Origin: Takakia lepidozioides
Lineage: Eukaryota; Plantae; Bryophyta
DNA: 64,000 nucleotides
NCBI GenBank assembly: GCA_030704615.1
Contig: CM060734.1
Coordinates: forward strand, 7,192,001 to 7,256,000
Direction of reading: 5' to 3'
The translations under genes were made by a program, and so were the position numbers. Below, piece after piece: positions 38,331 to 51,862 of this stretch; the stretch's first letter is position 1; each line of letters starts with the position of its first letter. The notes under the pieces were generated by a model. The model saw only the letters and a program-made list of their open reading frames with translations. It searched no databases and was not told where the DNA came from.

Positions 38331-40462
38331 GTGGCCTGGAAGTTTGGTGCTCAACAAGCTTCCATGTACACACCTGCAATTGAGGAAGATTGGGGTGTGG
38401 AACACCGGGAAGGGGGGGGTTGGTATTTGGATATGCCCAAGGGTACTATCCCCTATGCAGAAATGGGACTTCATAAGGAATGTGTTCGCAGGCAGTCAGT
38501 GAGTGATGAAGGGGGTATCTCCACTGAAGTCCCTGTTCTTGATCTAGAGCATGCAGAACAGATTGCTACACAGGCCGCTGACGCTGTAGCCCAAGTGGTC
38601 CCCGCCGTTGTGGGTGTACCAAAACGCAAATCACAAAAAAGAAAAGGTGCGGATGTCAATGCAGGTGTGGCCCCCAATGCAGGTGTGGCTTCTATTGCTG
38701 GTCCTATTGGTAGTTCTTCACATCCTTCAAATCAGTTGGTTATAGTGCCTGCACCTACTACTCGAGGAAACAAGCCAAAGGCAGGCGAACATCCTTACAG
38801 TGCAGTGTCATTTTCTGGTGGTGCACCTAGCATGTATCGCATGAAGATCATGCCTACTCATTTCATTGATATGGTGGAGGCCTCAAGTACATCTCCTAAT
38901 GCGACCTTGAAAGAGCTCATGGAGTTCTTAAAAAATGTGAGTTTCCCCCAACAAACAAACTTGAATGTAAGGAATTCTTCGATGTTTTTATATCCTCATC
39001 ATCCGGCTATTGACTCCTACATTTTCTGTATGTTGTTTGCACTTTCCAGGAACTTGGTCTAGTGTTGTGGATGGAAAAAGCGTGTCTGTGGCTGTGGACA
39101 TGATCATCGTGGACTGCCCAACAGGAATGCCTGTACAGGGCTGTTTGGATGGTGTACAGGTTCCTCCCTGGAATGCTTTTGATAAACGGTATTGGGGGTA
39201 TGCATTCTCCATTGCTAATGACCTATTGGATGACAATGGATGCTTGGTGTTCTTGCAGGGCTCCGATGATTCCTTTGGATTGGAGCTCTTTTCATACTCC
39301 AGGGGCAGCTCTATTTCCGTATTATCAAGGAAATATACTTGCATCAATACCACCCCTCTACACACTCAGACATGAAAGGTAAAAATCATCCCTCTTCAAT
39401 ATCTCATTATTTGATGTTTCATCTTCCTACTCTCATACATATTATTAAACCATCCGGGTGCACTGTTTTTGTGGAAATGGCACGTCTAACAGACCATGTT
39501 CTTCCACGCCCATGTCCTCACCAAGCAAGGAGGACTATTCAAACTGCGTGAGTTTGGCAAAGTTGTGGACCCCCTTGCAGACCTTGTTGAGTTGGATGCC
39601 ATCTACAACCACATTCCAGATGTTGCACTACCCATGCAAACTCCTCAACAAGCCTGGAGGGGTGCGCGAGACCGTAGTCCCGCCTTCATGCAAGTGCTGT
39701 TGGAGACATGCTCACCTCCTGGCTCCCGCATTTTGGATCTCACAGCTGGCACAGGTTTGCATTGGTCTCCATTTTGTAATTAAAATCTTCTGAGCTGATT
39801 CATGATCATTAACTGTTATCCGATATAATATCATCATTGCATGTTTTTTTCCTGCAAGTTCTACATTTATTGCTGCCCGTGAGTCTGGACGTCACGTATT
39901 TGGTCTTGAGGGGGACCAGACGTTGTATGCAGCACGTCTCTCTGCACTTCAAAATACTCAACCTGTTTTGGTTTCATCTGTGGTAACTCCAACCATTCAA
40001 CGTCCTGTGAGTTTGTTGGAACCCCCCGCTCCTAAGGTGGCGCGCGCAAGTTTGGTTTTCATCTCGGCAGTACTTCCTAGTGAGTATATCCCGCCTCCAT
40101 TCCCTTTGTTGCAATCTCTATATTATTTGCAAAGCAAACCATTCCCATTTGATTTGTTAACATAAGTATACATGTATGTGTGATGCAGTGATGGGATTGT
40201 GCGGACCATCTACGATAGTCTACCCCAAAGTCCTCTTTCATCGTTTTATCTACCTTCGTATGCTGAGTCCCAAGCTTTGCATTCAATACATCAACAACGT
40301 GATGTAGGTCTTTCCAATGATCTGTTGTTTGACCGAAGAGCATCTATTGTTGGACAATCCGTGGATAGGTTGCGTAGAGTTGAGGCTTTCATGGATGTGT
40401 ATGCCTCTAAATCACAGGCTTATGACACAGATGATGAAGTATCAGCTGATGATGTTATGTAG
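38331..40462 (+). pseudogene. Beta-class DNA amino-methyltransferase-like (N6A/N4C) gene, copy 2, spliced, 5'-truncated
   Basis: Exons ~38331-38936, 39050-39378, 39493-39754, 39858-40079 and ~40189-40462. VDMIIVDCPTG (motif IV position), LLDDNGCLVF (motif VI), WRGARDRSPAFMQVLLETCSPPGSRILDLTAGTG|STFIAARESGRHVFGLEGD (motifs X-I-II). Confidence 0.75.
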
Positions 40463-42608
40463 GTAATTAGAAATTACATATAATATACATTGTCCTCATT
40501 ATCAGTCCGATTTTTTGGTTATTTTTTATGATACATGTATTTCTCTCTAGATTTCATGTTATCTTCCTGTCATTTGATTTATCTATGTAATAGTTTGTAC
40601 ATAGATCTCTGATGCATTTCATAGATCCCTTTACCTGAATGCAAGTTCGACATGCACTTCAGCACTATCAAATTTCATCATTAGTAAGATCAACCCTTAT
40701 GAGTATTGTGGCATGTTATGTACACACAGGGTGACTATCTTTATCTCATTAGTGTTTCATTTCATTAGTGTTTCAAGTCTGAATGGGTAGTGTAGTGGTA
40801 TGAACTAGGCTTGATACCTGATAGGTTGTGGGTTCTATCTCTGATGGACATTATGTTTTTGTAAAATAAAAATGTTTCAGAAGATAGATATATAGATACT
40901 GCAAAACCTATGTAACAAGATTAAATGGGTGGTGGTTTGGTAAGGATTATGTTTTTTAAGTTATGAGATTGCGGGTTCGATTACCAATCAATAGTTTTTT
41001 TTGTAAAATTGAATTCCCTTGCGGGCCATCGCCGTTTACTACCCAAATGCGCAGGCGGACCATCTCCATCACATTGTCAAGCTCCCTAGCATTCCCTGAG
41101 CATTGCTCCATTCTGAACTTCAAACTAGACTCCCACCATTGGAAGAGCCCGTACTTTCACCATTTGTATCTAACAAGAAGCCGTGCCTTGTCACTTTTTA
41201 ATTTTTCGACCTTTTTTCTCATGTTGGAAAGCCATAAAAGCAACATGTTCCTCTCCCATTCCTACACTCACCCATGTGGAATAATAATACAATGAATATG
41301 GAATATTCTATATAGAATATTCTTATTCCATCCTTTGATATTTTGACTATGGACCCTAAGATTAGATGAATCACAATTTTATTTTATTTTTTTGGGTACC
41401 CTTATTTAAGTGTTGTGCATATAAAATTGTTCCTATGCATATCTAAAATTTGTATGCACGCATACATTCCTCCATATTCATGCATTTGTGTGCGCATATA
41501 GTATAGGCTACCTCCATCATACGAGTTCTCCCGGGATGATTGGGACCTCCGATTACAGCGTGAGTGGGATCTGTATGATAGAAATAGGGTTCATTTTAGA
41601 CAGGGATCGCGTAGAGGGGCATTGTAGATATTCTTATGATGTACTTTGTATACATCCGATTAATCGATTGATGTAAATTTTTTTTCTTGTTGCTCGTGTG
41701 GGTTGCAACTTTGCATATGTGATCTAAACATACTTATGCACATGTGGACCAAATATGAGCTTGAACCAAGTTGATTCAATGGGTCATTCTAGTGTTGAAC
41801 GCAGCTACGTGTCATAGAGACGGAAAATTGTGTTTCGCCTGTAGATGATTTTTTTTTTAATTCCATTTTCAAGCCATATGCTTAATGATAGCATATGCAA
41901 TGTGCGTGCAAAATTTGGGAGTAAACAAAAGTCATTTGGACCCATAACCAGATTTTGTTCTCTCATTTGCACTCCAAAGTTGAGTTATTTTCAACTTCAT
42001 GCACTCTTCATAGAAAGTTCTGCAAAAGTGTCTCTAGAAACACACTTATTTGTTTTCCATTTTCTTTTTGTCCCATTTTTTGCATGGATGTAGTGGTGCA
42101 AAGCCTGATGTCACAGAACAAAATAGAGCTAAAAATAAAATCATTACGCCCCTCAAAACCGCAATCATATATTTTCTAAATGCAAATATTTATTTTAAAT
42201 TCATTTAAATTCGATTTAATTCAAAATTGGTGCAAGGGCGAGTGCGTTGTTGGGGAGGCATTTTATTTTTATTTATTTTTCCTGCTGGATCTTTGTATAG
42301 GTGTTGCACACATATTTAACCACATGTAGGAAAAAATGAAGCTTGAGCCACATCCGTTTGTTGGGTGCAATGACATGAGAGGATTTTCTTTCACATTAAT
42401 AAACAAAAATTGGTTGATAGGGTGAATACGTCATTGGGGGGGGCAAACGATTTTGTTTGGGTTTGAAACTTTGTATGCGTGTCCGTTGCGCACATACATG
42501 TAATTATTGAATGACATATTTGATGCACACACACATTGAATGTTGTTGTTTGCATTTCGCTTATAATGAAGTGTATGGTTGCAATGACACATTATAATAT
42601 ATGTCCCT

Positions 42609-45600
42609 ATGTTCATTTGTTCGTATCAGGACTTTGTCCATCCCTTCCCGGTCTTTTCTCTTAGCACCCCATCCGAAAACAACCCAAGTACATCAGGCGG
42701 GAGCCGTGGGCGAGACACCACCCCCACGGTACCGGACGATGATGACGATGACAGCGACAGCGACAGTGACAACAACAATGAGCATGGAATTAACCAGGAG
42801 GATGTGCAAGCCATGGAGGATCTCTTAATGCATCATGTGGGCGCTGATGCATCCCATGTAGAGGGAACCCGGCCAATTGATGATCCTGAAATGGCCCCCT
42901 CAAATGACATGGAGAGGGAGGCGAGAACTCCCTTATACGAAGGGGCGAAAGTGAGTTGACTTTCAACAATCTTACTTTTGCTCAATCTTCAAATTCGATT
43001 TGACATAAGTAATGTTGGGATGTCTGCTATAAGGGTTTAGAGAGTAGTACTCATGCAAGATCTAATTGTGGTTTTGGAAGGAGTGAGTGAGGAGTGGAAG
43101 AAGCGACGTTCGGTTTTGACCATTCACACCCAAATGAGGGAGAGGCTGCATAAAGGGAAAGACATAAGGGTGTTGTATTATGTGTGCTAATGGGATGATT
43201 ACATGTGGGGGGCGTGGGGTATTTCATCCTAGAAAATGCATTACTTTCCGATCATCCCGCGATTGAGGGCACACTACCGAAGCCCTAAATTGGCCAGACT
43301 CATGAGATGGCACGCCTCGCATCGGAGCCCCCCGGGAAAAGTGTGCGGGCCACAAGATTCACAAGCATGGAGGCATATTGAAGAGATGTGGTCTTTTCTC
43401 TTGGAGGACCCACGACATGTCCACCTCGGTTTCTCCTCGGATGGGATCAACCCATTCTCTGTCCAGTCATGTAGTCATTCTTGGCCGGTGACCATGGTGA
43501 ATTACAACATCCCTCCGTATCTTTCAATTAAAAAAGGCCATATCATGTTGGTTGCCATTGTGCCAGGTGAGTGTACTCATTTCATGTTTATTATTGCCTT
43601 AGACTTTACATTAAACTTCTGATCTCTGACGCAATTCGGATGCAAGATTGATGAGTAACATAATCATAGAGTAAGACGTGTAATTCATTTTGTAGTATAA
43701 TTTGCATATTGGTGGAACATTGAAACAATGATGAATGTCTCATAGGGAAAAAACAAGTGGCAAACATGGACACGTACTTGCGACCTCTTGTTGATGAACT
43801 TAAGGAGCTATGGAGGGGGGTCCCGCATTGGATGCTTCACTTGACCCTATGGCCGGACAATCTTTTCAGATGAGAGGCATCTTGCTTTGGACAATGCATG
43901 ATTATCCAGGTATATTATGTTCCCCATGAACAACCCGCGTACATTCACTTGTCAATGCCGGATAATATCGATGAGGATTGGGATTGATTGAAGTAGCGGC
44001 GAAAGTCTTGTGCACCGTAGTGGGGTAGATGACATTATGGGCCATGCACATGACAACTTTTTGTTTTTGCTAATGTGGCGAGATGTGTAGTACATGACTA
44101 ACTGTTTGCTCAGGGCTAAGCACCAAAGGGTACCATGCATGCTTGCATTGTGGCGATGATCTTGATGCACATAGCTCCCGCCATCTTCACAAGATGGTGT
44201 ATCCCAACTACCGCAAATTTCTTCCTATGAGCCATCGATGGAGAAGAAGAGAGAAACACTTGTTTGATGGCAAAGAGGAAGTACGTCCCCCCTCCTATGA
44301 CACCGTCCGGGCAGTGTTGGGAGGACCGATGGAAGGAGGCCCATGCGGGCACGGACGGTGAAGTGGACGTGCCTGACATGAAACGACTTTCAATCTTCTA
44401 CGAGTTGTCATATTGGGCGATACATATTCCACAAAAACACCGTCAATATCCCTATGCATGCATGTGATATTGCACATTTGGTATGCGTTGCATTGTCACT
44501 TTCACGTAAAAAAATTTGTGTAAGTATTTGTGGGTGGGGATATATGTAGGACCTGAAGATTCGCCATCTTCTAGATCCCATGCATATTGAGAAGAATGTC
44601 TGCTCGTCCTTTTTTTGGGTTTTTCATGGCACGCCGGCAAAGAAGGGAGCGGCTGCAAAAGGAGATTCTCTTGGTGTTAGTAAGGAGCTTGAGAAGCAGG
44701 GTCGTATGCGCGCCATCTATGGGCTGAACAAAATGGTGTGGACCCAAAGGATGTTGTACGGTGGAAGTATAGGCGCGCACCTTGGCAATGGACAAAGGCG
44801 GAATACAAGAAAGTGATAGCCACCATAAGTATTGTCCGAACACCAACTGGTTATGGGTCATCCCTCCGTACAAAGTTCAGCGAAGAAGACGGGGTCCATG
44901 GTTTGAAGTCTCATGACTATCACAATCTATTGCAAGACATCTTGCCCATTGCAATACGTGGGACACTGACTCCCGAGGTTTGTGAGACAATCTATAGATT
45001 GGGAGGCTTGTTCCGGTGGATTTGCTCCAAAAAGTTGGAAGAAGCAGATTTTCCACGCATGAAGAAGGAGGCGGCGGAGGTAATGTGTATGTTGGAGATG
45101 CACCTTCCACCCTCCTTCTTTGACATCCAAGTGCACTTGGTAGTGCACTTAGTGGAAGAGGCTTCGATTGCCGGCCCCGTTCATTCTCGGTGGATATACT
45201 TCCTTGAGCGTTATATGAAGACTTTGAAAGGATTTGTAAGACAAATGGCACACCCGGAGGGTAGCAAGGCGGAGGGGTATATATTGCAAGAAGCTATGTT
45301 CTATTGCACGGAGGACAGGGAAAGGGTGGATGAGGAAGCCCCTTGTATGTGGAAGGAAGAGGAGGATGCACGAACCAAGGACATCGTTTTGCCCAAAAAA
45401 TCGAAGAGGGTAAAATTACCGACCTTGGTGATTGAGCAAGCGCATGACTTCATACTGAAGAACACCCCATCCATACATGAGTGGGAGACAAGATACAATA
45501 ATCTTGTTCAGCAACGAGAAGAGGAGACGCTTGCATGGAGGCAGAACCATCCAAGGCCGGTTATAGACGCCCACGATGAGGAGCGGGCCGCCGGAATGTT

Positions 45601-46514
45601 CCTTCACAAAATTTGCCCATGGAATTGCAGCCTCTAAGTTCATTCCAACAGTGGCTTCGGACTTCAGTTTATGACGCCGTTGCTGAAGGAGAGGTGGTTT
45701 CAGATTTGGTGCAAGACATTGCAAAGGGCCCCTCTCAATTCGCGACCTCATACACGGCGGTTTGGGTTCACGGTCGTCATTTCCGCATTCGTGCTCTTGA
45801 CATGAAGCGCAAAACAACCTTTGATCTGGCTTGTGTACCACATATTGGCAAGACTCCGTGTGGGGCAAGGGAGATACACAACCTGCTATGAGCAAACTTG
45901 AGTACATTGGAGAGCTTGAGAGCATACTCCAACTTCAGTATACAAGGTACCGGCCTCTTCTCTTCAAAGGAAGGTGGTTCCAGCCACATCTTGTGGGGCC
46001 CTCTGCAACACTAGTGCAAGATGATTGTGGTTTCATGCGCGTCAATGCAGATAGGCTCAACCCTACTCATCGTCCCTCCGATGAGCATTTTTCACGGCCT
46101 TCAGACATGGAGCAAGTTTTCTTCTCCGATGACAAAATAAGAGGGGGGAATTGGAAGGTGGTTGTGCATGCTCAGCCAAGAGAAAGACGTATCTATCATG
46201 GTCTTAGATCTCCATGGGGTGAGGCAATTGCGGTGGACGGAGAGACTGATCATAATGATGCTGATGATGGAGGTTGGGTAGAGGGGGTAGAAGAGGATGA
46301 TGACGCCCCGGACAATGCATCCTGGACCCTATATGATGAAGTTCTAGAAGATACGGATGTTGGAGAAGGAGACGAAGACACGGCCATTGACAACGAGGTG
46401 GAGGATGATTCGGAGGTGCCTTTTGAAGGCCGGGCCATTTATGACTATGACTCCGATGACCAAGAAAACTTGCAGCTTGATGATGATGAAGAAGCTCCGG
46501 ATGATGATGTTTAA
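42609..46514 (+). mobile_element. CACTA/EnSpm Tnp2-type transposase (spliced, disrupted)
   Basis: TPLYEGA; YFPIIPRL...DSQAW...SSDGINPF...SWPV..NYNIPP; YLRPLVDELKELW; WTMHDYPG; DPMHIEKNV; GLKSHDYH; PPSFFDIQVHLVVHL...GPVHSRWIYFLERYMKTLK...PEGS; DDCGFMRVN...EQVFF...WKVV; acidic tail. Confidence 0.93.
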
Positions 46515-46689
46515 GTTGATTAGACACAAAATCAAAGCTACAAAACAATTCTCGCACCAAACTGGACCCATCCCTTCGATTGATTGTACATGTACATGCA
46601 TATTGTACTTTATTTCTATGATTGATCAAATATGGGTGCTTCCGGACGCAGACGTGCTGCTTCTGCATGAGGGGGATTAATCTCCTAAC

Positions 46690-46990
46690 CGCAATTCGGT
46701 GTGCTGCCTTCTGCGAGGTTCCCTTCTTCCAATGGCTCCAGAACAACCCCTCCACATTGCGCGAAATGAACTTTCACCCGCATGGATGCTTTTGAGCATA
46801 AACCCATCCTAGGGTTTCGACCATTGCAATCCCTATACCCCAAATGAGCCAGCATCCGATCTTTGTGATAATGCAATTTATTCCAACAAAATTTGCACTC
46901 AACACAGTACCTTGTTTGCAGAACTCTTGTGTACCAAGGGGTCCATTCATTTTTCATTTTGTAGAGGGATCCTACGGTAATAATGAAGAA
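46690..46990 (-). mobile_element. BED zinc-finger fragment (hAT-like transposase N-terminus)
   Basis: W...ECKFC....HKDRMLAHLG...C. Confidence 0.55.
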
Positions 46991-47172
46991 AAAGAATGGT
47001 GGATCCAAGAGTAGATCATACACTTCAAGTGATCATGTGCGGTGTATGCCAACAGAATGGCATGAACAAGAAATACCTCTCTTGTAGCCTCCTGTATGTC
47101 CCAGCTCACAAAAGTGGATGCCACAAGTGAAGTAAGAAAGTGTCTCCATGAAGAGCTCACATACTGTCCCAG

Positions 47173-47555
47173 CCTATATCTTTTTGGCAATGCTGCCATT
47201 GAATGGAGTAGCCAATGTCAAAAGTGCACTTCAAATTCAACGACAAAAACTGAATATACAGCGGCATCATGTACTACTACTAAAGAAGCCATTTGGCTGA
47301 GACGATTGATAGGGAGTATTGGCGTTCCTCAGGAGAGGGCCATTGTTTTACATTGTGATAATCAATCAGCTATTAGCTCGTGAAGAATCCTGAATTCCAC
47401 CGAAAGACTAAGCATGTGGATATTCAGTACCATTTTGTTCGAGAGAATTACAATGAGTAGAAGATAGAGCATGTGTACATTCATACTACGGCACATTTTA
47501 CTAAACCATTGTGCAAAGATCTCTTCCAGAAGTTTCAAGAGCTCATGGGTGTGGT
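47173..47555 (+). mobile_element. Ty1/Copia RNase H fragment
   Basis: AIEWSS..STTKTEY...EAIWLRRL...LHCDNQSAI..NPEFHRKTKHVDIQYHFVRE...FTKPL. Confidence 0.9.
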
Positions 47556-48009
47556 ACTTTTCCCTGCATCTGATGGAAGCAGTGGGAGCTCACATTTCAA
47601 AGGGAAACAAGTGGAGTGTAGTTTATGATGACTGAGTGGGAGCTTTATCAACATCTCGTTTACATTTAGCATAGCGCAGTGGGGAGCTCTATCAGCCGAT
47701 CATCTCTTTGTGTTTCCTTTGTTCTTTTTGCAAATGTGAAGGTGGCCAGTTTGGTGAATGACTGGGAATGTTGGTTTTTATAATATTCATCCAAAACCAC
47801 ATGCTATGTTCAAATCCGTGTCTTCTGTTTCTGGCATTCACCTAGTTCCTTGTTAGCTAAGTCTCCTTGAAGCAGCTTGAGTTGTTGCAGTAACACTTCT
47901 CTAGTGCTGGCATCAGTTTGTATGCATAGATGTGCTTACATTGTGTTTCTACATGAAGAATTTGATCTGTGTTTACTCTAACTGTGTATTGGTTACTAGT
48001 GTTTCACTG

Positions 48010-49030
48010 TTATCTTAGAACTCTTGTGTAAGTTTGTCTACGTTTATTCACAGAAACTGGGACACCAAGTGCCCAGAACTCACAACCATAAGTGGCGGCC
48101 GGGATGACAACGCTATTAAATAACCACTTTTTGGTTGGGGGGTGGCGCAGATGTATTTGTTTGCATTTGGCCTGAAGGCGGATGGAGGCCGCCTTACCCT
48201 TTGTCAATATGTCCAGGGCAGTTTGCTGCAAACTGGAATTTGGGGGAGTGGATAACCAAACCTAGATACCGGTATGATTTCACTATCTCGATTTCCTGAT
48301 TGTTGAAGATGAATCTGCGGTCGGCCTGGCCATTAAAAACCATGATCTTGGTTTTGCTAAGATTGACTTGCAGCCCATAGTCTTTGGAGAACTGTTCCAG
48401 GATGTGGAGATGACGTTGCAGGAAGACAGGAGATTGTGCCAAAAGGGCAACATCGTCAGCGTAGAGGAGATCTGATTGCGTTGGTCCCCCATCCAACGGA
48501 ACCCCAACTCCATGGTTTTTTTAGATGTAAACCTCCAAGGCGTCAATGTAGATCCCAAAAAGGGTAGGTGAGAGGGGGCAGCCCTGTTTGACCCCAATGT
48601 TGCTATGGACCTCTGCTGAAGACCCGACCCCCCCCCCCCCCCCCCCCCCCCCCCCCGACGTTGACCGTGCCAGTGACAATCTCATACATGGAAGTGATGG
48701 CATATAGGATGTCCGGACGGACTCCCACCCTATGGAGCCGTTGGAAAAGAAGGTCTCGAGGAACCGAATCCATAGCCTTATGAAAGTCAACGAAGCAAAC
48801 ATATACCAATTTTTTGTCATAGCTTGCACGTTCTACCATAACCTGAAGAGTGAAAATGTGGTCAAGAGTGGATCTGTTGCGACGGAAACATGCTTGTCCC
48901 ATAGCAAGCATGTGAGAGGATTCAGCCCAATCATCCAGTTCCATGGCCACTACTGCTGCAAACAATTTGGCCGTTATCGGAGACACCATAATTGTGCGAC
49001 AGTTGGTCGGTGCGAGCCAGTCACCACTCT
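48010..49030 (-). mobile_element. LINE reverse transcriptase fragment
   Basis: QACFRRNRSTLDHIF, FVDFHKAMDSV, GVKQGCPLSPTLF, LLYADD, VNLSKTKIM, YRYLG, with frameshifts. Confidence 0.92.
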
Positions 49031-51862
49031 TGAAGAGGGGAAAGGAAGGTCCAGAGAGAGTGAAGCTTAAGTGGAGTTACTTTTCTTGCACACAGCCGGA
49101 ACATCGTGGGAACTTAGGTCCACCTGTTCCGCCCTCTTGTTTAATTGAGGCTTTTTTGCCTGTAATGGCTTTCTTGGCCGTCAGTTTCAAGAGCTCAATG
49201 TAGTTGGTCCGCCCCGGTTTGCATAGCTTCAATACTGGTGGCAAATGCCAAATATCAGTTTTGAAAGAACAAGAGATGCTTCTGTCCACACACTTGGTTT
49301 TACTTTGTGTCAACAGGTTACTGCAAGCATATACTGATCTGCCTACCCTGTATGTGCTTTTCTGTTGAGTTTGGACATGGAGTATACAGTAGTTACAAAC
49401 TTGGCCAGCCCCTCCCCAAGTACAATGCACCCCAAATTCCCTGAAAACTACATCAACCATCAGTAGGCACCCTGATGGGACTGTCATCACCTTTATCCAT
49501 ACAAAGGGAGACAGAAATGAAGTTTCTAACTACCGCCCTATCACGTTAGGGGGAAGGGAGTAGAAAGATTACTGTGCTTTGTGTGTCCAGAAGGGGTGGA
49601 AAGACTGATGCCCCAAACAAGGGGAGGGCTACGGGGTGAGCCTGGACATGGCGCTGTGTCCAGACCGTGCCCTCACATCCCCAGGTAGCTGCCCTCGCTA
49701 TGCGCCTCATAGCCCACCGCATAGGTGTTGCCCTTCTGACATTCGGACCTCCGTAGAATGACACTCTCTTAAACCTCTTTGAGCCCCATATCCTCCCTTC
49801 CCCCTCCCTTTCCTCTATGCGTGGACACCAGAATTGCAATGCTGCGCCCAATTGCCTCTTGAAACCTAAGTAAGGTAACAATGTATCTGTGGGACTGTGC
49901 CTAGACCATGCGTTTCGAAACTGGTTAAGGATCTTGTCTGGTCTTCTCGGGGTTTGTGTGCTTCTGGCTGGTCAACTGTTTGTTTATATTCCTTCATCAA
50001 CGTGCAGTTCTCCTTCAAATTGCCACTGCTATCCGCACTTTCGGAACTCTCCTCACATATTCAATCTGGTCCTTGCAAACTTCAAGTGCTGCAGACAGGT
50101 GCAGTAGGTGATCTTCGCCTTCACTATCTATGTATTGCATGACTTCACAGCCTCCACAGGCGGTCCTAGTCATTTTGTGAAATTCCACTTCCAGTCTTCC
50201 TGCATATGAGATTTACTAGGCAAAGATGAGGATCCGCAGAGCAGATGTGAGCAATTGATTGTCAAGGAATGGAGAGGAAGAGCCTTGTTTGTGGGAGAAA
50301 GAGGGGGGGAGGCGGTTGACCGTTACAAGTGTTACGGTGAAGCAGACACAGAAAATGCAGGGTGTGCAATAGCAAAAGGACAGTACACACTGAAAACATT
50401 GTGTTGTTTCCCCTGGGGGGGGGGGGGGGGGGGGCGACCATTGCATTCTCTACTTCAGCGAAAGGATTTCGTCGTGTTCGGACAGCCTGTCGTCCATCTT
50501 CCACGTGAAACTTCGTAGCAGGGAACTGGATGCATGAAGGGTAGAGATGAATGACAGGTTCGATGATGACAGCGGAAAAGGAGGTCATTCTCTTGGACTT
50601 GGTATGCCATCACAAGTGATCCCCTCTTCTCAGACTCTCCTGGGGTTGATATCATTAACTATACAGCCAAGAGCTTCCTTCAGCTTCTTGGGTTCTTAGA
50701 GCATGGAGATTCGATTCCCTGAGTGTTTTAGACAAATCAGGAATGATTCACATAAATTATGGTTGCAAACACAAGATTTGTCTCAAAACAAGCTTGAACA
50801 GGATATGGAAATTGTCATAGATGAACTTGAAAATGAGCTCCATGACGCAGGAGTGGATCCTCATTCTCTCCAATGTTCCTCTGTGCTGGTTCTGTTTTTA
50901 GGCACTTGGTATCAAATGTTAAGAAGAAATACATGGGAGTCTTTAACAGTCAGTTTCTATGGCGAGAAGTCTCTATCAGATTTCTGAGGTAGCTTCTATA
51001 CAGTGTGGCTATGCTATGCTGATTAGTAGAAAGTAGCTGTCGAGCTTCTGAGTCAACCACCCGAAGTAAAACTTACGACAACTGAAATTGCACATCTAAC
51101 CCACTCCACTCACGTACTCGACACACATTCTTCAGCTGCAGTTGGCAAATTTCAGACATGCTATTGGCGTGGGTCATTCAGTTCCAATAGAAAGCCATCC
51201 CCATACTTGTGGACATGCTCTCTTTTCTAAAGGAAAGGGGGGTGGCACTGTAGGGCCAAGACATGGAGGTTCAAGGAGGATATTGAGAGCTGCAGGAGGG
51301 ACAAGAAGGTAGGAGACAGTTGCTTAATATCCATAAGAGGCCCAAATAGCGTATGGACCAAAAGAAAGTTCCACGAGAGAGACAAAAAAATACAGACTTC
51401 AAGAAACCCATTGAAAAGAAGAAAGCTTTTCAATCTACAGGGAATGGCCAGGGCCCTTCAGGCAACCAGCTTTGTGGAAGCGTTGTGTTGGTTACCCCAC
51501 ACCCTAATCTCATTTATAGTAGGTTCTAGACCTCTGAAGACATTTGGCAGACTTTTTTAATACTAGGCTTCCAATTCCAGCCTCAGTTGCCATTTCCCCA
51601 AGTTTGATGAAGCTTGAGTTGGATGTAAGAGTCTTCCATTTTGGTTTTTATGCAATCTTGCAAGTTAACAAATTGATTTCTCCTGCTGTCAGCTCAAACA
51701 ATCACTGGTCCTAGAACATCAAGAAAGTGAACAGATCATTCTGACAGTGCAGTCATATCTCATCACCCTTTGGAGGAGCGCAAATTCAACTCAATTTCGC
51801 CGTCAACGGTCAGTCTTCCGAGTCCTTGAAACTTACACTAGAAATTCTTCCTGCTCGACAAA

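Noticed and set aside
38300-48010. CACTA terminal inverted repeats around the MTase-transposase pair
   Set aside because: The cacta/tagtg pentamers seen do not extend into matching TIRs or a 3-bp TSD, so the boundaries are unresolved.
48628-48656. Poly-Gly insertion in the LINE RT (also G/C runs near 14984, 50414, 55521, 61243)
   Set aside because: Mononucleotide run expansions of unreliable length, not coding features.
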